Shown in pieces: positions 25,440 to 37,969 of a DNA stretch of 57,067 bases; within the stretch, counting starts at the first letter, position 1, and every line of letters starts with the position of its first letter. A program made the translations under genes and the position numbers. The stretch is from Octopus bimaculoides (taxonomy: Eukaryota), in the NCBI RefSeq assembly GCF_001194135.2, contig NC_068983.1, positions 14,936,175 through 14,993,241 on the forward strand, in the 5' to 3' direction. The notes under the pieces were generated by a model, which was given only the letters and a program-made list of their open reading frames with translations, had not been told where the DNA came from and ran no database searches.

Positions 25440-25600
25440 AGACCTGAATTTTTTGTAGGGAGGCTAGTTAATTAGATCGACCGCAGTACACAACTGATAC
25501 TTAATTTATCGACCCCCGTAGACGAAAGGTAAAGTCAACCTCAGCAGAATTTGAACTCAGAATGTAAAGACAGACGGTCATAATATGCAAATATTTCTCA
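25440..25600 (-). mobile_element. SINE A copy
   Basis: GAATTTGAACTCAG (reverse B-box), TTAATTTATCGACCCC. Confidence 0.8.
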
Positions 25601-25669
25601 TGGTACCAGTACACTGTTTACAGCTGCTTACATTTTTTGTTTTCCGTGAATATTTCATGTGTCCAGCTA

Positions 25670-25671
<2 letters not shown>

Positions 25672-25741
<70 letters not shown>

Positions 25742-25830
25742 GTTATTATAATTGTTGTTGTTGTTGTTGTTATTATTATTATCATCATCATCATTATTTT
25801 CATCATCATCATCGTCATCACCACCATCAT
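25672..25830. repeat. Compound trinucleotide repeat (TAT)n(GTT)n(CAT)n
   Basis: Directly visible; source of the poly-Y/I/H ORFs. Confidence 0.95.
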
Positions 25831-25949
25831 TTAATTATTTTTTTCATTAGAATCCATTCATTCAAAGAAGGAAACGAATAGGAAGGTATAACAATATATG
25901 TAGAGATAAATTGAACAAGTTTTTATGAAAGATGCTACACAAATATATT

Positions 25950-27450
25950 ACGTAATGCTAAAAAATACAAAAGTTATGTGTTACTGAATAATTACAGAAA
26001 TATGCTCTATGAATACATAGATGATTCAGATACAATTTGAAAAGCTATACTTTAGGGAGATAGAGAAATCTACCCTTTGGGAATTTCCTCAATTGCCACA
26101 CCTAGTATTTGAAATTGATGGCACTAAAAAACATCTATGCATATTTTATGCGTTGGAGGGAATCGTCGCAATGTGTATTTTATTATGCTCTCCATCGCCC
26201 TTTTACATAAGTTCCGCTTAGGCACAATATTTCTGATTTCTTTACTGCCCACAAGGGGCTAAACATAGAGGGAACAAACAAGGACAGACAAAGGGATTAA
26301 GTCGATTATATCGACATCAGTGCGTAACTGGTACTTATTTAATCGACCCCGAAAGGATGAAAAGCAAAGTCGACCTTGGCGCAATTTGAACTCAGAACGT
26401 AGCGGCCGACGAAATACCGCGAAGCATTTCGCCCGGCGTGCTAACGTTTCTGCCAGCTAGCCGCCTTGGCAACATTATTTCCGCCGTCTTTTCTTTCTTT
26501 ACCTGGCAATCGTCGATAGTTTGTCACCCTTTCTGGTTTATCTTTCATCCCAATGTTTACAATGATTGGATTGTACACGAAAATGAAATGGGAATTTAGC
26601 TCCCTGAAAGATATTTTGTTTGACTTTGTGCTCGGAAATCTTTGGGATTTGGAAACGAGATAATGTCTTCCACCCTTTCCCGAATCACTGTTGTTGCTAA
26701 CATGAGATCAATAGCTACTATATTTTCTTCTTGTGGCAGTCTCCGTTGCTCCTCCAAGAGAAAGTTCTCAAATAATATTTAGATCTGCACATCTAACAGC
26801 TGGGCTTTTGTCACTCTCCCACCAAGCTAGTGGATTTTCTCACTGAGCCCGCTGCAGGTCAAACCAGCAAAATGTCTCTAGGCTTTCAGGAAGCCACTCC
26901 GACTTGACTATCATTTAAAACCCCTAGTCCGACCCACACACCGTTTTTAATTAGCCACGCACTTACGCATTGCTCATATGATACCTTAAAATTAATAAGA
27001 AATCAACGTCGTGACCACTGTCTTCTAGCCAGACCCTCGCGATAGACAATTTAGAATATTATAAGACCAGCTTCTTGAATGGTATATCGTATTAGCTCGA
27101 CATATTTTGCCTGGTTCTCCGTTCAAAAAACTACGCATATAACACTCTACGTTATTTTATACTTCTGACAGAAGTGACTGCGACTTTCTTTTGCCTTCAT
27201 AGAAAGGCATCTGTGGTTTTCGAGATACAGAAATTTGCTCTTTTGTTTTTCTCTATGTTTATTCTATAACAAATTCAGACAGACTCACCCGCCTTTGTTA
27301 CGTTAGGTAATTCATATCTAAAACTCCGAAATTCAATATGAACTGCATACTCCACCTCTCGGTTCAAAATGCCCTATCCTTTCTTCACCAGGAATATATT
27401 ATTGCTGGTGTTTTCTCTTCAGAATTATTTTAAAAAATAGTATAAATTCG
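25950..27450 (-). pseudogene. Possible highly degraded non-LTR retrotransposon RT relic, interrupted by a SINE
   Basis: Scattered motif-like words in the expected order (DKPERVTNYRRL resembling NYRPI, then Q..FPKGR resembling QxGFRKGR) amid many stops. Confidence 0.3.
26236..26467 (-). mobile_element. Full SINE A2
   Basis: Complete head-to-tail match; imperfect TSD GGCACAATATTTCTG / GGCAACATTATTTCCG. Confidence 0.9.
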
Positions 27451-27650
27451 TCATATATTTTAGTTGTACATGCGCCATATGTCGAGATAAAGATCTATTC
27501 TCCTTAATTTATTTTCCGTACAGTCGTGTTTGATTTAGTTCCAAATATGTCACGGTCATTTTTTGCATAGAGTAGTAGCCATATTGTTAATTTACGAGTA
27601 AAAGAACATGTTTCTTTGCATGCTAAAGACTTTTTCTATCACAGAGAAAA

Positions 27651-27846
27651 TAATCTTTTCTACTCTAGGCACAAGTCCCGAAATTTTTGGGGGAGAGGCC
27701 AGTCAATTAGATCGACCCCACTACGCAACTGATACTTAATTTATCGACCCCAAAGGTTGAAAGGCAAAGTCAGTCTCGGCGGAATATGAAATGAGAACGT
27801 AAAAACAGACGAAATACCGCTAAGCATTTCGCCCGGCTCGCTGCTT
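27651..27846 (-). mobile_element. SINE A1 with deletion in the head
   Basis: A1 tail and body intact; GCCCGGC is joined directly to TCGCTGC. Confidence 0.85.
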
Positions 27847-27899
27847 ATGGAAGAGAACAATTAAACTATTAACGCGCTATAGAGACGCCCCATATTAGA

Positions 27900-28190
27900 A
27901 TATTTATATCCGCGATATTATGAAGTGTCTCTTGATAGAACTAGAAGTCTCAAAAGACGATAATACATATTGAAGAGAAATGTAGAAATCATCCAGATCT
28001 GCAAATAGGAATGGTCAGAATATGGCGACTGAAAACAGAAAAAAAAAACCTTATAATGGAATGTGCCTTACAGATGATTTGAAAAAAAACATGCAGCTAA
28101 GTACACTAACAATATAACCAAAATCACAGAACTGATATTAAATAACCCTACCAAGCACTACATAGACATTATGCAGATTGCATTTATTTA
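27900..28190 (+). pseudogene. 3' fragment of an RLE-type (R4/Dong-like) non-LTR element
   Basis: DLQIGMVRIWRLKTE..KYTNNITK..QIA resembles the RLE C-terminus (KYxDLxIEIxRMWxLKT) as I recall it. Confidence 0.5.
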
Positions 28191-28810
28191 ATAGGATAGA
28201 AAATACGAGAGCAAGACAGAGACTTGCATATAAGGAAGCCCATGGAGTTGAGTTCGGTAGTGCAGTGAAACTGCAGAAATGAATTGCGGCTACGAAAAAG
28301 TATATGAATAGTTATAGTAATAGCATTAATAATATGTGTGTAGGTGTGCATATTAAAATGTAATATGATATATATATATATATATANNNNNNNNNNNNNN
28401 NNNNNNNNNNNNNNNNNNNNNNNNNNNNNNNNNNNNNNNNNNNNNNNNNNNNNNNNNNNNNNNNNNNNNNNNNNNNNNNNNNNNNNNNNNNNNNNNNNNN
28501 NNNNNNNNNNNNNNNNNNNNNNNNNNNNNNNNNNNNNNNNNNNNNNNNNNNNNNNNNNNNNNNNNNNNNNNNNNNNNNNNNNNNNNNNNNNNNNNNNNNN
28601 NNNNNNNNNNNNNNNNNNNNNNNNNNNNNNNNNNNNNNNNNNNNNNNNNNNNNNNNNNNNNNNNNNNNNNNNNNNNNNNNNNNNNNNNNNNNNNNNNNNN
28701 NNNNNNNNNNNNNNNNNNNNNNNNNNNNNNNNNNNNNNNNNNNNNNNNNNNNNNNNNNNNNNNNNNNNNNNNNNNNNNNNNNNNNNNNNNNNNNNNNNNN
28801 NNNNNNNNNN

Positions 28811-28842
<32 letters not shown>

Positions 28843-29634
28843 TCACAAACACATACGCGCGCGCGCACACACACAAACGCACACTCACACATACACACAC
28901 AAACACATATGCATTCTTACATTCTTACTGATATTGGAATCACATATGAATAGGCTATAGCATTTCACTAACAGCGAGAAAATCTCATGTAAATATGAAA
29001 ACATGTAAATATATTGCCAATATGGCAGAATTCCACATTTGAAAACACCAGGTGCATGTTCTAATATCATTGTAACTTCTTCACCATTCCTAACGGAATT
29101 CTTCCTGAAAAAAACAAAAATTAAAAAATTAAAAAAACAAGTTGCTTTCAATAAGAAATAAAAATAAAATCGTTTCTGTTCGTATTGGTGTTAATTTTTT
29201 TCCTTGATTTCGGGTATTTCACTGTTATCGCTTTCAGTTTTGTCCCGTGTTTTTTTGTTTGTTTGGTTGGTCTTTCTTCTTTTTTTTTTTTGCCTTTCTA
29301 AACGTATCTGAAGAGGTGTTGTTGCATATTGGTTATGCTTTCCCCCCCCCCCACTTTTCTTATTCTGTTTTAGTAATTATAGATGTGTATATGTATATGC
29401 TTTTTCTTTGTGTATGTATACATTTGGTTTCTGAATACGTTTTTGTATCGTTTTTGCACTGTCGTAAAGAAGTGTCTGAATGTGCATATTTACTAATGTG
29501 AGTTTTAGAAAGTAAGCAGAAACAATATGCGGACGTAGCGCATCTTTTTATTTAAATAGCAAAATTGCTTTACCGATACTGACTGATAAATGACAGTAAG
29601 CACGTGGGGAAGGTGGTGAACAAAAGAAGAACAC

Positions 29635-29730
29635 GCAGGCGCAGTCATGGCTGTGTAGTAAGAAGCTTGCTTCCCAACCACATGGTCCCCGGTTCAATTC
29701 CACTGCGTAGTACCTTTGGCAAGTGTCTTC

Positions 29731-29762
<32 letters not shown>

Positions 29763-30527
29763 NNNNNNNNNNNNNNNNNNNNNNNNNNNNNNNNNNNNNN
29801 NNNNNNNNNNNNNNNNNNNNNNNNNNNNNNNNNNNNNNNNNNNNNNNNNNNNNNNNNNNNNNNNNNNNNNNNNNNNNNNNNNNNNNNNNNNNNNNNNNNN
29901 NNNNNNNNNNNNNNNNNNNNNNNNNNNNNNNNNNNNNNNNNNNNNNNNNNNNNNNNNNNNNNNNNNNNNNNNNNNNNNNNNNNNNNNNNNNNNNNNNNNN
30001 NNNNNNNNNNNNNNNNNNNNNNNNNNNNNNNNNNNNNNNNNNNNNNNNNNNNNNNNNNNNNNNNNNNNNNNNNNNNNNNNNNNNNNNNNNNNNNNNNNNN
30101 NNNNNNNNNNNNNTATATATATGTATGTATATGTATATACATATATACGACAGGTTTCTTTCAGTTTCCGTCTACCGAATCCACTCACAAGTCTTTAGTC
30201 GGCCCAAGACTATAGTAGAAGACACTTGCCCAAGGTGCCACGCAGTGGGACTGAACCCGGAACTATGTGGTTGGTAAGCAAGCTACTTACCAAAAAGCCA
30301 CTCCTACGCCTATATGTGCATATATCTATGGGTGTGTGTCCGTGTGTCTGTCCGCATCATCGCTTGTCAACCGGTGTTGGTGTGTTTACGTTCAGCTTAG
30401 CGGTTCAGCCAACGAGACTGATAGAGTACGTACCAGGCTTAAAAAATGAGTCCCGGGGTCTATTTTTTCGACTAAAATAATTCCAGGCGGTGCTCCACCA
30501 TGGCCACAGTCAAATAACTGAAACAAA
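29635..30527. mobile_element. Nested SINE C: plus-strand head (29635-29725), gap, minus-strand 5' half (30148-30310), plus-strand 3' half (30330-30527)
   Basis: Orientation was read from GGCAAGTGTCTTCTACTA (plus) versus TAGTAGAAGACACTTGCC (minus). Confidence 0.8.
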
Positions 30528-31089
30528 TGCGAGAAAAAATGTGTTTACGCACACACACAAACACACACACAAATACACACACACATACATACACACTCAA
30601 ATATTATATGTGTATGTAAAATTATGCGTCTATTTTCAAATACTACCAAGAAGTCAGTTCAATACATAACTCATTGTGAATGTCAACAGATGAACGATCG
30701 CTATCATGCAATTTTTTACATAGGGAATTTTATCATAAATATTCCTTTTCTCTGCCTGGCTCGCAATAAATTCTTTATCTTTACTTGTCTTTTCTCGATA
30801 TTTTTTCCTCCTGCGCTCTTAAATTACCTCTCACACTAGCCTAACTCGAGAAAACTTCACTCTCGTTATCATTGATCAAACTAGCTCCCTATATATTGTA
30901 TATATTCTCTTTCATAAGAGATGTATCTCTACGCTATATTCATATGCTTTCCAAAAACCCTAGGAACATCATTTTGAAATGAGCTTAGGCACATATCCAG
31001 TAAACTTCGAAATCTAAAGAGCAAGAAGCAAATGTTTAATCCCTCAGTGCATCGCCTTCTCTACAATAAGCTACGAAGGAAATATAAAT

Positions 31090-31170
31090 TCTTTCAACAT
31101 CAAATCCCAAACTATAACCGTATTAAACACAGAAATATTATTTGGTATAATCCGCATTTTAATTTAACTG
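31090..31170 (+). pseudogene. Short Penelope-like ORF fragment
   Basis: KHRNIIWYNPHFNLTV resembles the RKxIWFNPP motif of PLE proteins. Confidence 0.5.
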
Positions 31171-32410
31171 TATCTCCCCACCGAATTAGATGTTCTTTAA
31201 CAAAAACGTTCTGCTCAAACTGACTCCGATTTCATGTGTTTAGGTGAGAGTGCGGGAGTTTGTATTGTGTTACAACTACCTTGATTGAGCCTCCTAGTAG
31301 CCTTTTCAGTTGCTACAAAAGGCGGTTAGATCTGCATCAATTTTTACAATTTTGCCTTTAAAATGGATGAATATACTAGATAAAGTAGTCCTGAAGTTAA
31401 TACATAGCACGGATAACTCTGGTTAAAACGGAAGTCTAATTATGGAATGTTAAAATGAGAAGAACCGATATAGCTAATGCTTAGCGCGTCTTAGCAAACC
31501 TTTGCGAATTGGTTTTAGGTTCGATCCTTAAACAATTAAGCATCCGTTATCGAGTACATAATGTCCGAAAAAAAAGAGAAGAAATATTACAAATTTACAT
31601 TGAACTAATTCATGTTAACGCGCTAATCAGGGAATTATTTTCATACAAAAGCTGTGTATTCTCATATATTCGAAGATATAACTACATGTTAAAGTTTGCT
31701 TTGCTGCTGAGGTGTATGCAGACGGTAGTATATATGGAGATTTGAGCATAGTAAGCAGATATCATGCTCATTACCCACTGTAAACCTTTAATTTTTTGTT
31801 AATTTAAATTTCGGAGTGAACATTCTGTATATTCCTTTTTATAAGTTCTTTGAAAAAGTCGTAGTTAACAATTGTTAACATTTCTTATCATTTAGGGTGT
31901 AATTTCAATTGAGTAACTATTCTTTCGTTCACTCCATTAAGTATGGTGGTCAGCACGTAATTATATGCCAGTTGGATATAATTTTACCACCTGTAAAATT
32001 ATTTCCTTTACCACAACGTAGTATTCGACCTCTTCCAAACAGTAAATCTTTACTTACTATTCCTAAGGCTTCGCCCTCATAGGTTTTACCTACCACCACA
32101 TTTAATAACATCACCTATTTAATCTTTCGAACTAACATGTCAAATCTATCGATTTTTCTTATTCGTATCGACAGATGCAATAAAATTGAGGGTTAAATAG
32201 TGATCTTACGAATATATGTAGCGTGGGAGTCCAAATTTTAGAAAGTTGAATCGAGGGTCAAAAATATATACTCAAAATGTGGACAAGTTAAAAATCAAAA
32301 CACGGATAATTACATTCAATAAATAGTGTACTTAAATTCCGTTTCAACATAACAAAAACTATTTTTCAAAGAAACTTTGTAATTTCGAGAATGTACGACA
32401 CGCATAAAAT

Positions 32411-34031
32411 TTTATGAGACATTTGACAATACTTCTTTGTTATGAAGTCATGAATGCGTGATTGAATTCCCTTAAGAGCACAACATAATTCTGCTTTGAC
32501 ACTCAACTTGTGTTTGCATTTCCTCCTGCTACCAATAAGTGATACAACTATTTCGTCATAAATATAAGGGTATCTGAATATCTTTAGAACCCAAAGATCC
32601 TGGCACTGTATTAATTGATATAAAATTAGTTCTCCAGAATATCTCTATATCTAGTGTTTTCTTCAGATGAGAATTTTAAACGATAACTATTCTTGCATTT
32701 CGCATGAGGTATCAGATCTTTCCCAATGAAATGTATCTCTATGAACTTAAAGGATTCGCAAAATTATGCATATCTGGAAAGTATCTCTCGAAGTCTGCTT
32801 GAAGTTCGGTTTGATGTATGATCATTTTTACTATTAAAGACAAGGAAATTATGTTTGGTAGCATAGTTCAAGTTCGTGAAACTGGTTTGTTCCCAATTTG
32901 AACTCGATAACTCCGGGAGTCGAGTATGGCTATGAAACCTCGAAGCTCATTGTGGATGCTAGTACTCATATATTTTCGCTTGAAATGTGAGGTTAACTAC
33001 TGTATTTTCTCGTATGTACTTCACAATCATAATTTACTTTGAAATATAAATCTAAAATTATTACCAGCTCATCTCGTAACTAATAAAGCCACCTATGCAT
33101 ATTTCTTTTCAAAATCCGATAAAGTTTGATACTCAGAACCTATATTTCTATACATTAAAAAAAATAAATGATTGCCTATCCCCCAATTTTAAGAAACTTG
33201 GTTACTACCTTCATAACCGGATTCATGATATCTCTCGATCGGTTGGATCATTGTGGATAAAGGATGCGTATTTTCAACAGTTGGGCGCGTATTTTATTTA
33301 TGAACTCAATCGCACGTCGAGCATCTCTGGAGTTCTGTCAGTAAAAAATTTTAGACGCAAGTCATACTACTTGATTTTCTCTAAGAAATGTAACCATTCA
33401 AAAAACATCAATATTAATTACATTGCAAAACTTTCCATGGAATGAACAGAGTATTACCTCTCTCAGAATATTATTTGAAACCGAACGAATGAACATAAAT
33501 ATCTGCGAGCACTGATCTATATAAATCGTTTTATCCAGTTGAATTGTAAACACAAGAGAAGTTTTTGGTCAAAAACTTGAGTTTTGTTACATAGAGCCAA
33601 ACTAATGATCCTATCCTTGACAATATATTTTGAGATAAATGTGTGGAAGTTTATTCACACATTACGTAGAATGAACTAACTGTAATGTTCACAGTAAGCT
33701 TGACTTAATGCGAGTTTTTTTTCTGTTATGGTAGAGTTTTTTTATACTTTGGAATCAATAAAACCATCTGTTGAGTAAATAATACACTGCTGTCCATTTA
33801 AGAATGTTTCAATGAAACAATTTTCAGTTGATTGATTTCCTCACGTTTATCAGCTTCGGCAGGATGTATTGCTCACAAATTATATTTTAAGTGTATAGGC
33901 GGAATTACATCATTACTAAGAGTCTTGTAGCATATTACGTATTGAGGTACTTTTGTATTAGATTTCTGAAGCGACACAAATTGAAAAGTAATATAATTAT
34001 CACAAGAATTTCGTTTTTTTTTTTCACTCAT
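32411..34031 (-). pseudogene. Buster/Charlie-type hAT transposase relic (ZBED5/ZBED8-like), many stops and frameshifts
   Basis: Motifs in correct order: ATG at 34031; PQYVICYKTLSN..LK..HP (BED finger, ~33947-33870); LSQNILSRI; FTIQLDKT..QIFMFIR (~33550); TDRTPEM (33342-33322); RWL (33094-33086); VNLTFQAK; FPCL; LQADFERYF; FANP (~32760); SRIHD; QMSH at ~32411. Confidence 0.8.
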
Positions 34032-35087
34032 TGGAAATATTTCACAACAAAATGGAAACTAAGAATCTTAAAATAAAACGGATAAAATCATTTACTGAAA
34101 GTACAGAATAGATAGCATTTTAAATGCATACCGCATAATAAGTATATACCAATAAATAATCATACTATACTAAAATATTAAAAGAGAAAAAATAGATTGA
34201 TATAGACATTCAAACACAACACATGATTTTTAACAGGAGGAGACTTTATGCCAAAAATCATGCTGATTTAAAAACGCGTACGGATTAAAAAATGAAAAAT
34301 ATTTCTGCATGAATGTCATGCGATTAAATTATTTTTCAATGAAATGTCATTGACTTATATGCTCACTATTCTCGTTTGGATGCTCTCCATATTAAAATTT
34401 TAAAAAAATTGTTTAATATTTACCTGAGATTCATAAAAGGACGTAAAAAGAATTCTGAATATTGACATCACAATGTGAACATACCTAAATGTTCATGCTA
34501 GCCTTTTTAACCACCCTTTTACAATGCGAGTTTATATACTTCATTATCTAAACCTAATCCGGTTCCAAGATAAGAAGTAATTTACGCCCAATATAGTCTT
34601 CGCCAGCGTTTTTTTTCCAATATAAAATATTATGTAAATTATTGTAAATTAAACTACTTGAAAATCGAGAAATTTATCAAAATATTTTTAGTGGCAAATA
34701 TTAAGTACTAAAAACTCTTAGAATTTGTAAAAAGAATACTTAAATTTTCTGTGAAATTTGAATTTTTAAGTGTTCATCAATTAAAAAAAATGCTATTTCA
34801 TTCTTAATAAGAATTAATAAGGATTTCAGAATTAAAGCATAATTTTAAATGTCTGAAAACCATTTTAGAATATATTCAAGGCGTCAATATAAAATATATG
34901 TTCATTAGTGAAACGCACAATTCCTACGGCCTTGCGCTTTTCGCTCCAGCAAAATGCTATTCATGCATCTGTTAGAGAGCGTACTCCTTGACAGGGACCC
35001 ACGGAATTAGACAAATATACCAAAGTTTCTATAAGAAGAAAATGAACTATAAGCTAGAGCATTAAACTATGACCAGATGATAACCAG

Positions 35088-36247
35088 TTTTCTCCGGTTT
35101 ACGCGAACTCTGTAATGGGATATCTAGAACAACTCTACCAAGAAGTAGAAGAGGAAGACTATAGCACTGGATTTAGAAATTATATCGAAAAGGTATGGAA
35201 GAGATACCTTGACGATTGTTTCATAACCTGGACAGAATCTCTAAATAATCTGGAAGAGTTCAATATCCTCCTGAACAACCTACACCCATCTCTCCAATTT
35301 ACAAAAGAGATGAGTAGTACCAAATTACCATTCCTAGGTATAATGGTAATTAAAAAGGACACCACCAATGCCACAGATATATACTACAAACATACGGACA
35401 CACATCAATACCTGAATTTTAAGTCGTGCCATCTACCACATACAAAACGCAACATCGCATACAACCTAACCGGAAGACTTTGTACCATTGGAGAAGATGG
35501 AAAAATCACGAAAAAACGCCTAACAAAACTAAGAGAATTTTTGCTCAAACAAAAATACTTGTCTCTACTTATAGAAAATGGCATACAGCGGGCTATAAAA
35601 ATACCCATACAACAACTGAGAACAACCTAAAGAAGAGGAGAACAGAAACAAATCATACCATTTATAGTGACACACAATCCATGTCACCAGAATATCTTTG
35701 ACATTGCCAAAGCAAATCTACCAATCATTGCTCGAAGTAATGAATTTAAAGATATAATCACAGATGGAGCTATAGCACTTAGTAAAAGACAGCCTAAAAA
35801 CTTGAAAAAATTATTAACAAAGCAAAGTTTGACCTTAGCAACAAAGACCAATCATTCACTGTATCTTAATGCAATGATAGCCGATGTGGCACATACCAAT
35901 TCATACATATTGGCCAATATATGAACACGAAAACGGGAAAAATGTTCAGAAACGCAAATATGAACTGCAAAAACAGAAATTTAATTTACTGCATCAAACG
36001 CCCAAATTGTGAACAACTATATGTAGGTCACATCGGAAATGCACTATCAGAACATTCACGTGTGCACCGAGGGCAAATCAGAGACCCAGATGTCCATCAG
36101 ATACCTTTCAGTGACCATCTAGCAACATGCGGTCAGAAAGTACTCATAATATTTCCATTCTATAAACTAGACAATCCAAGTGAATTTAAAAGAAAAATCA
36201 GAGAAAAGAACTTTATTAATAAATTCCAACCCAAGCTAAATAAATAA
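35088..36247 (+). pseudogene. 5'-truncated Penelope-like retroelement: RT C-terminal half plus GIY-YIG endonuclease, two frameshifts
   Basis: FSPVYANSVMGYLE, WKRYLDDCF, LPFLG, YYKHTDTHQYLNFKSCHLPHTK, then NLIYCIKRPNCEQLYVGHIG..QIRDP..DHLATC..FINKFQPKLNK* (ORFs 35115-35630, 35667-35924, 35921-36247). Confidence 0.92.
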
Positions 36248-36505
36248 TCCTAATACTTAGAGGTACTATTTCCACTGCTACGACCACTACTACTAACAAC
36301 AACAATACTAAAGGTGCTCATTATGATGATAGCGGGAAAATACTAGCTACGTCAAGAGAAAAGTCAGTAAAAATTATTTTATTTTTGGGTTTAAAGTTCT
36401 ATTACCACAGCTACTCCTACCACCACCACCACCACCACCACCGAAAACAACAACAACAACAACGACAACAGTAATAAAGGAGATGATAATGGTGACAATA
36501 ATTAA

Positions 36506-36686
36506 AATACAGTTCTATATTTAAGAGATGAGGAATTATTTACATTATTTACAATTGACGGATATGTGTCCTCATCTTGTTTGTTGTTAACACAACGTTT
36601 CGGCTGATATACCCTCCAGCCTTCATCAGGAGTCTTAGGGAAATTTCGAACCTGGGTTCTCATTCCTAAGGTATTTTTCGATGTTG

Positions 36687-36759
<73 letters not shown>

Positions 36760-36771
36760 CATTATTGTTGC

Positions 36772-36802
<31 letters not shown>

Positions 36803-36839
36803 GCTGTTGTTATTGCTCAGGTCACTGCCTGGAATCGAA
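36506..36839 (-). mobile_element. Family E repeat: B-box remnant + (AAC/AAT)n + hammerhead-bearing body
   Basis: Minus strand reads TTCGATTCCAGGCAGTGACCTGA, microsatellite, ACATCGAAAAATACCTTAGG..CTGATGA..GAAACGTT..AAATATAGAACTG. Confidence 0.85.
36589..36634 (-). ncRNA. Minimal type I hammerhead motif (family E)
   Basis: GACTC-CTGATGA-A-GGCTG(gagggtatat)CAGCC-GAAA-CGTT-GTGTT. Confidence 0.7.
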
Positions 36840-36844
36840 TAATG

Positions 36845-36887
<43 letters not shown>

Positions 36888-37108
36888 TAATAATAATAAT
36901 AACAATAATAATAATAACAATAGCAACAACATCGAAAAATGCCTTAGGAATGAGAACCCAGGTTCGAAATTTCCCCAAGATACCTGATGAAGGCTGGAGG
37001 GTATATCAGCCGAAACGTTGTGTTGACAAAAAAAAACAAGATGAGGACAAATAACCGTCGAATGTAAATAATGTAAATAATGTAAATAATGTAAATAATG
37101 TAAATAAT
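36840..37108 (+). mobile_element. Family E repeat, inverted partner, ending in five AATGTAAAT repeats
   Basis: Near-exact reverse complement of 36530-36700; the 9-mer is repeated five times at 37061-37105. Confidence 0.9.
36979..37024 (+). ncRNA. Minimal type I hammerhead motif (family E)
   Basis: GATAC-CTGATGA(36984-36990)-A-GGCTG..CAGCC-GAAA(37012-37015)-CGTT-GTGTT. Stem I has five pairs including two G-U; stem III is palindromic ACGU. Confidence 0.75.
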
Positions 37109-37279
37109 TGAAATGCAAAAATCCATGGAAGAAGTTTACAACATTTCTAAAAATAGCCCAACAATTACTGCTTCGGCCAGGGTCAAAATACAGGTCTCTT
37201 CACATGTTCAACAAACCTTGACGCCTCAAACAAACACCAGTCAACTTAAGTAGATTTTAGTAGTAATAATCCATACCAG

Positions 37280-37415
37280 TACTTATTTTCTGTTTAAGCC
37301 TGGAACTTATTGTATCGGTTTCTTTAACCGAATCGCTCGGTCCGGTGAAATACCGATTGTCTTGCAGCGGTGGGGAATAAATACTAAGGCACATACTCAC
37401 ACACATACACACACA

Positions 37416-37449
<34 letters not shown>

Positions 37450-37934
37450 NNNNNNNNNNNNNNNNNNNNNNNNNNNNNNNNNNNNNNNNNNNNNNNNNNN
37501 NNNNNNNNNNNNNNNNNNNNNNNNNNNNNNNNNNNNNNNNNNNNNNNNNNNNNNNNNNNNNNNNNNNNNNNNNNNNNNNNNNNNNNNNNNNNNNNNNNNN
37601 NNNNNNNNNNNNNNNNNNNNNNNNNNNNNNNNNNNNNNNNNNNNNNNNNNNNNNNNNNNNNNNNNNNNNNNNNNNNNNNNNNNNNNNNNNNNNNNNNNNN
37701 NNNNNNNNNNNNNNNNNNNNNNNNNNNNNNNNNNNNNNNNNNNNNNNNNNNNNNNNNNNNNNNNNNNNNNNNNNNNNNNNNNNNNNNNNNNNNNNNNNNN
37801 NNNNNNNNNNNNNNNNNNNNNNNNNNNNNNNNNNNNNNNNNNNNNNNNNNNNNNNNNNNNNNNNNNNNNNNNNNNNNNNNNNNNNNNNNNNNNNNNNNNN
37901 NNNNNNNNNNNNNNNNNNNNNNNNNNNNNNNNNN

Positions 37935-37969
<35 letters not shown>

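Noticed and set aside
31950-32060. Minus-strand GGKIISNWHIITC resembling a trypsin motif
   Set aside because: It is immediately followed by a stop, and there is no His/Asp/Ser triad context.
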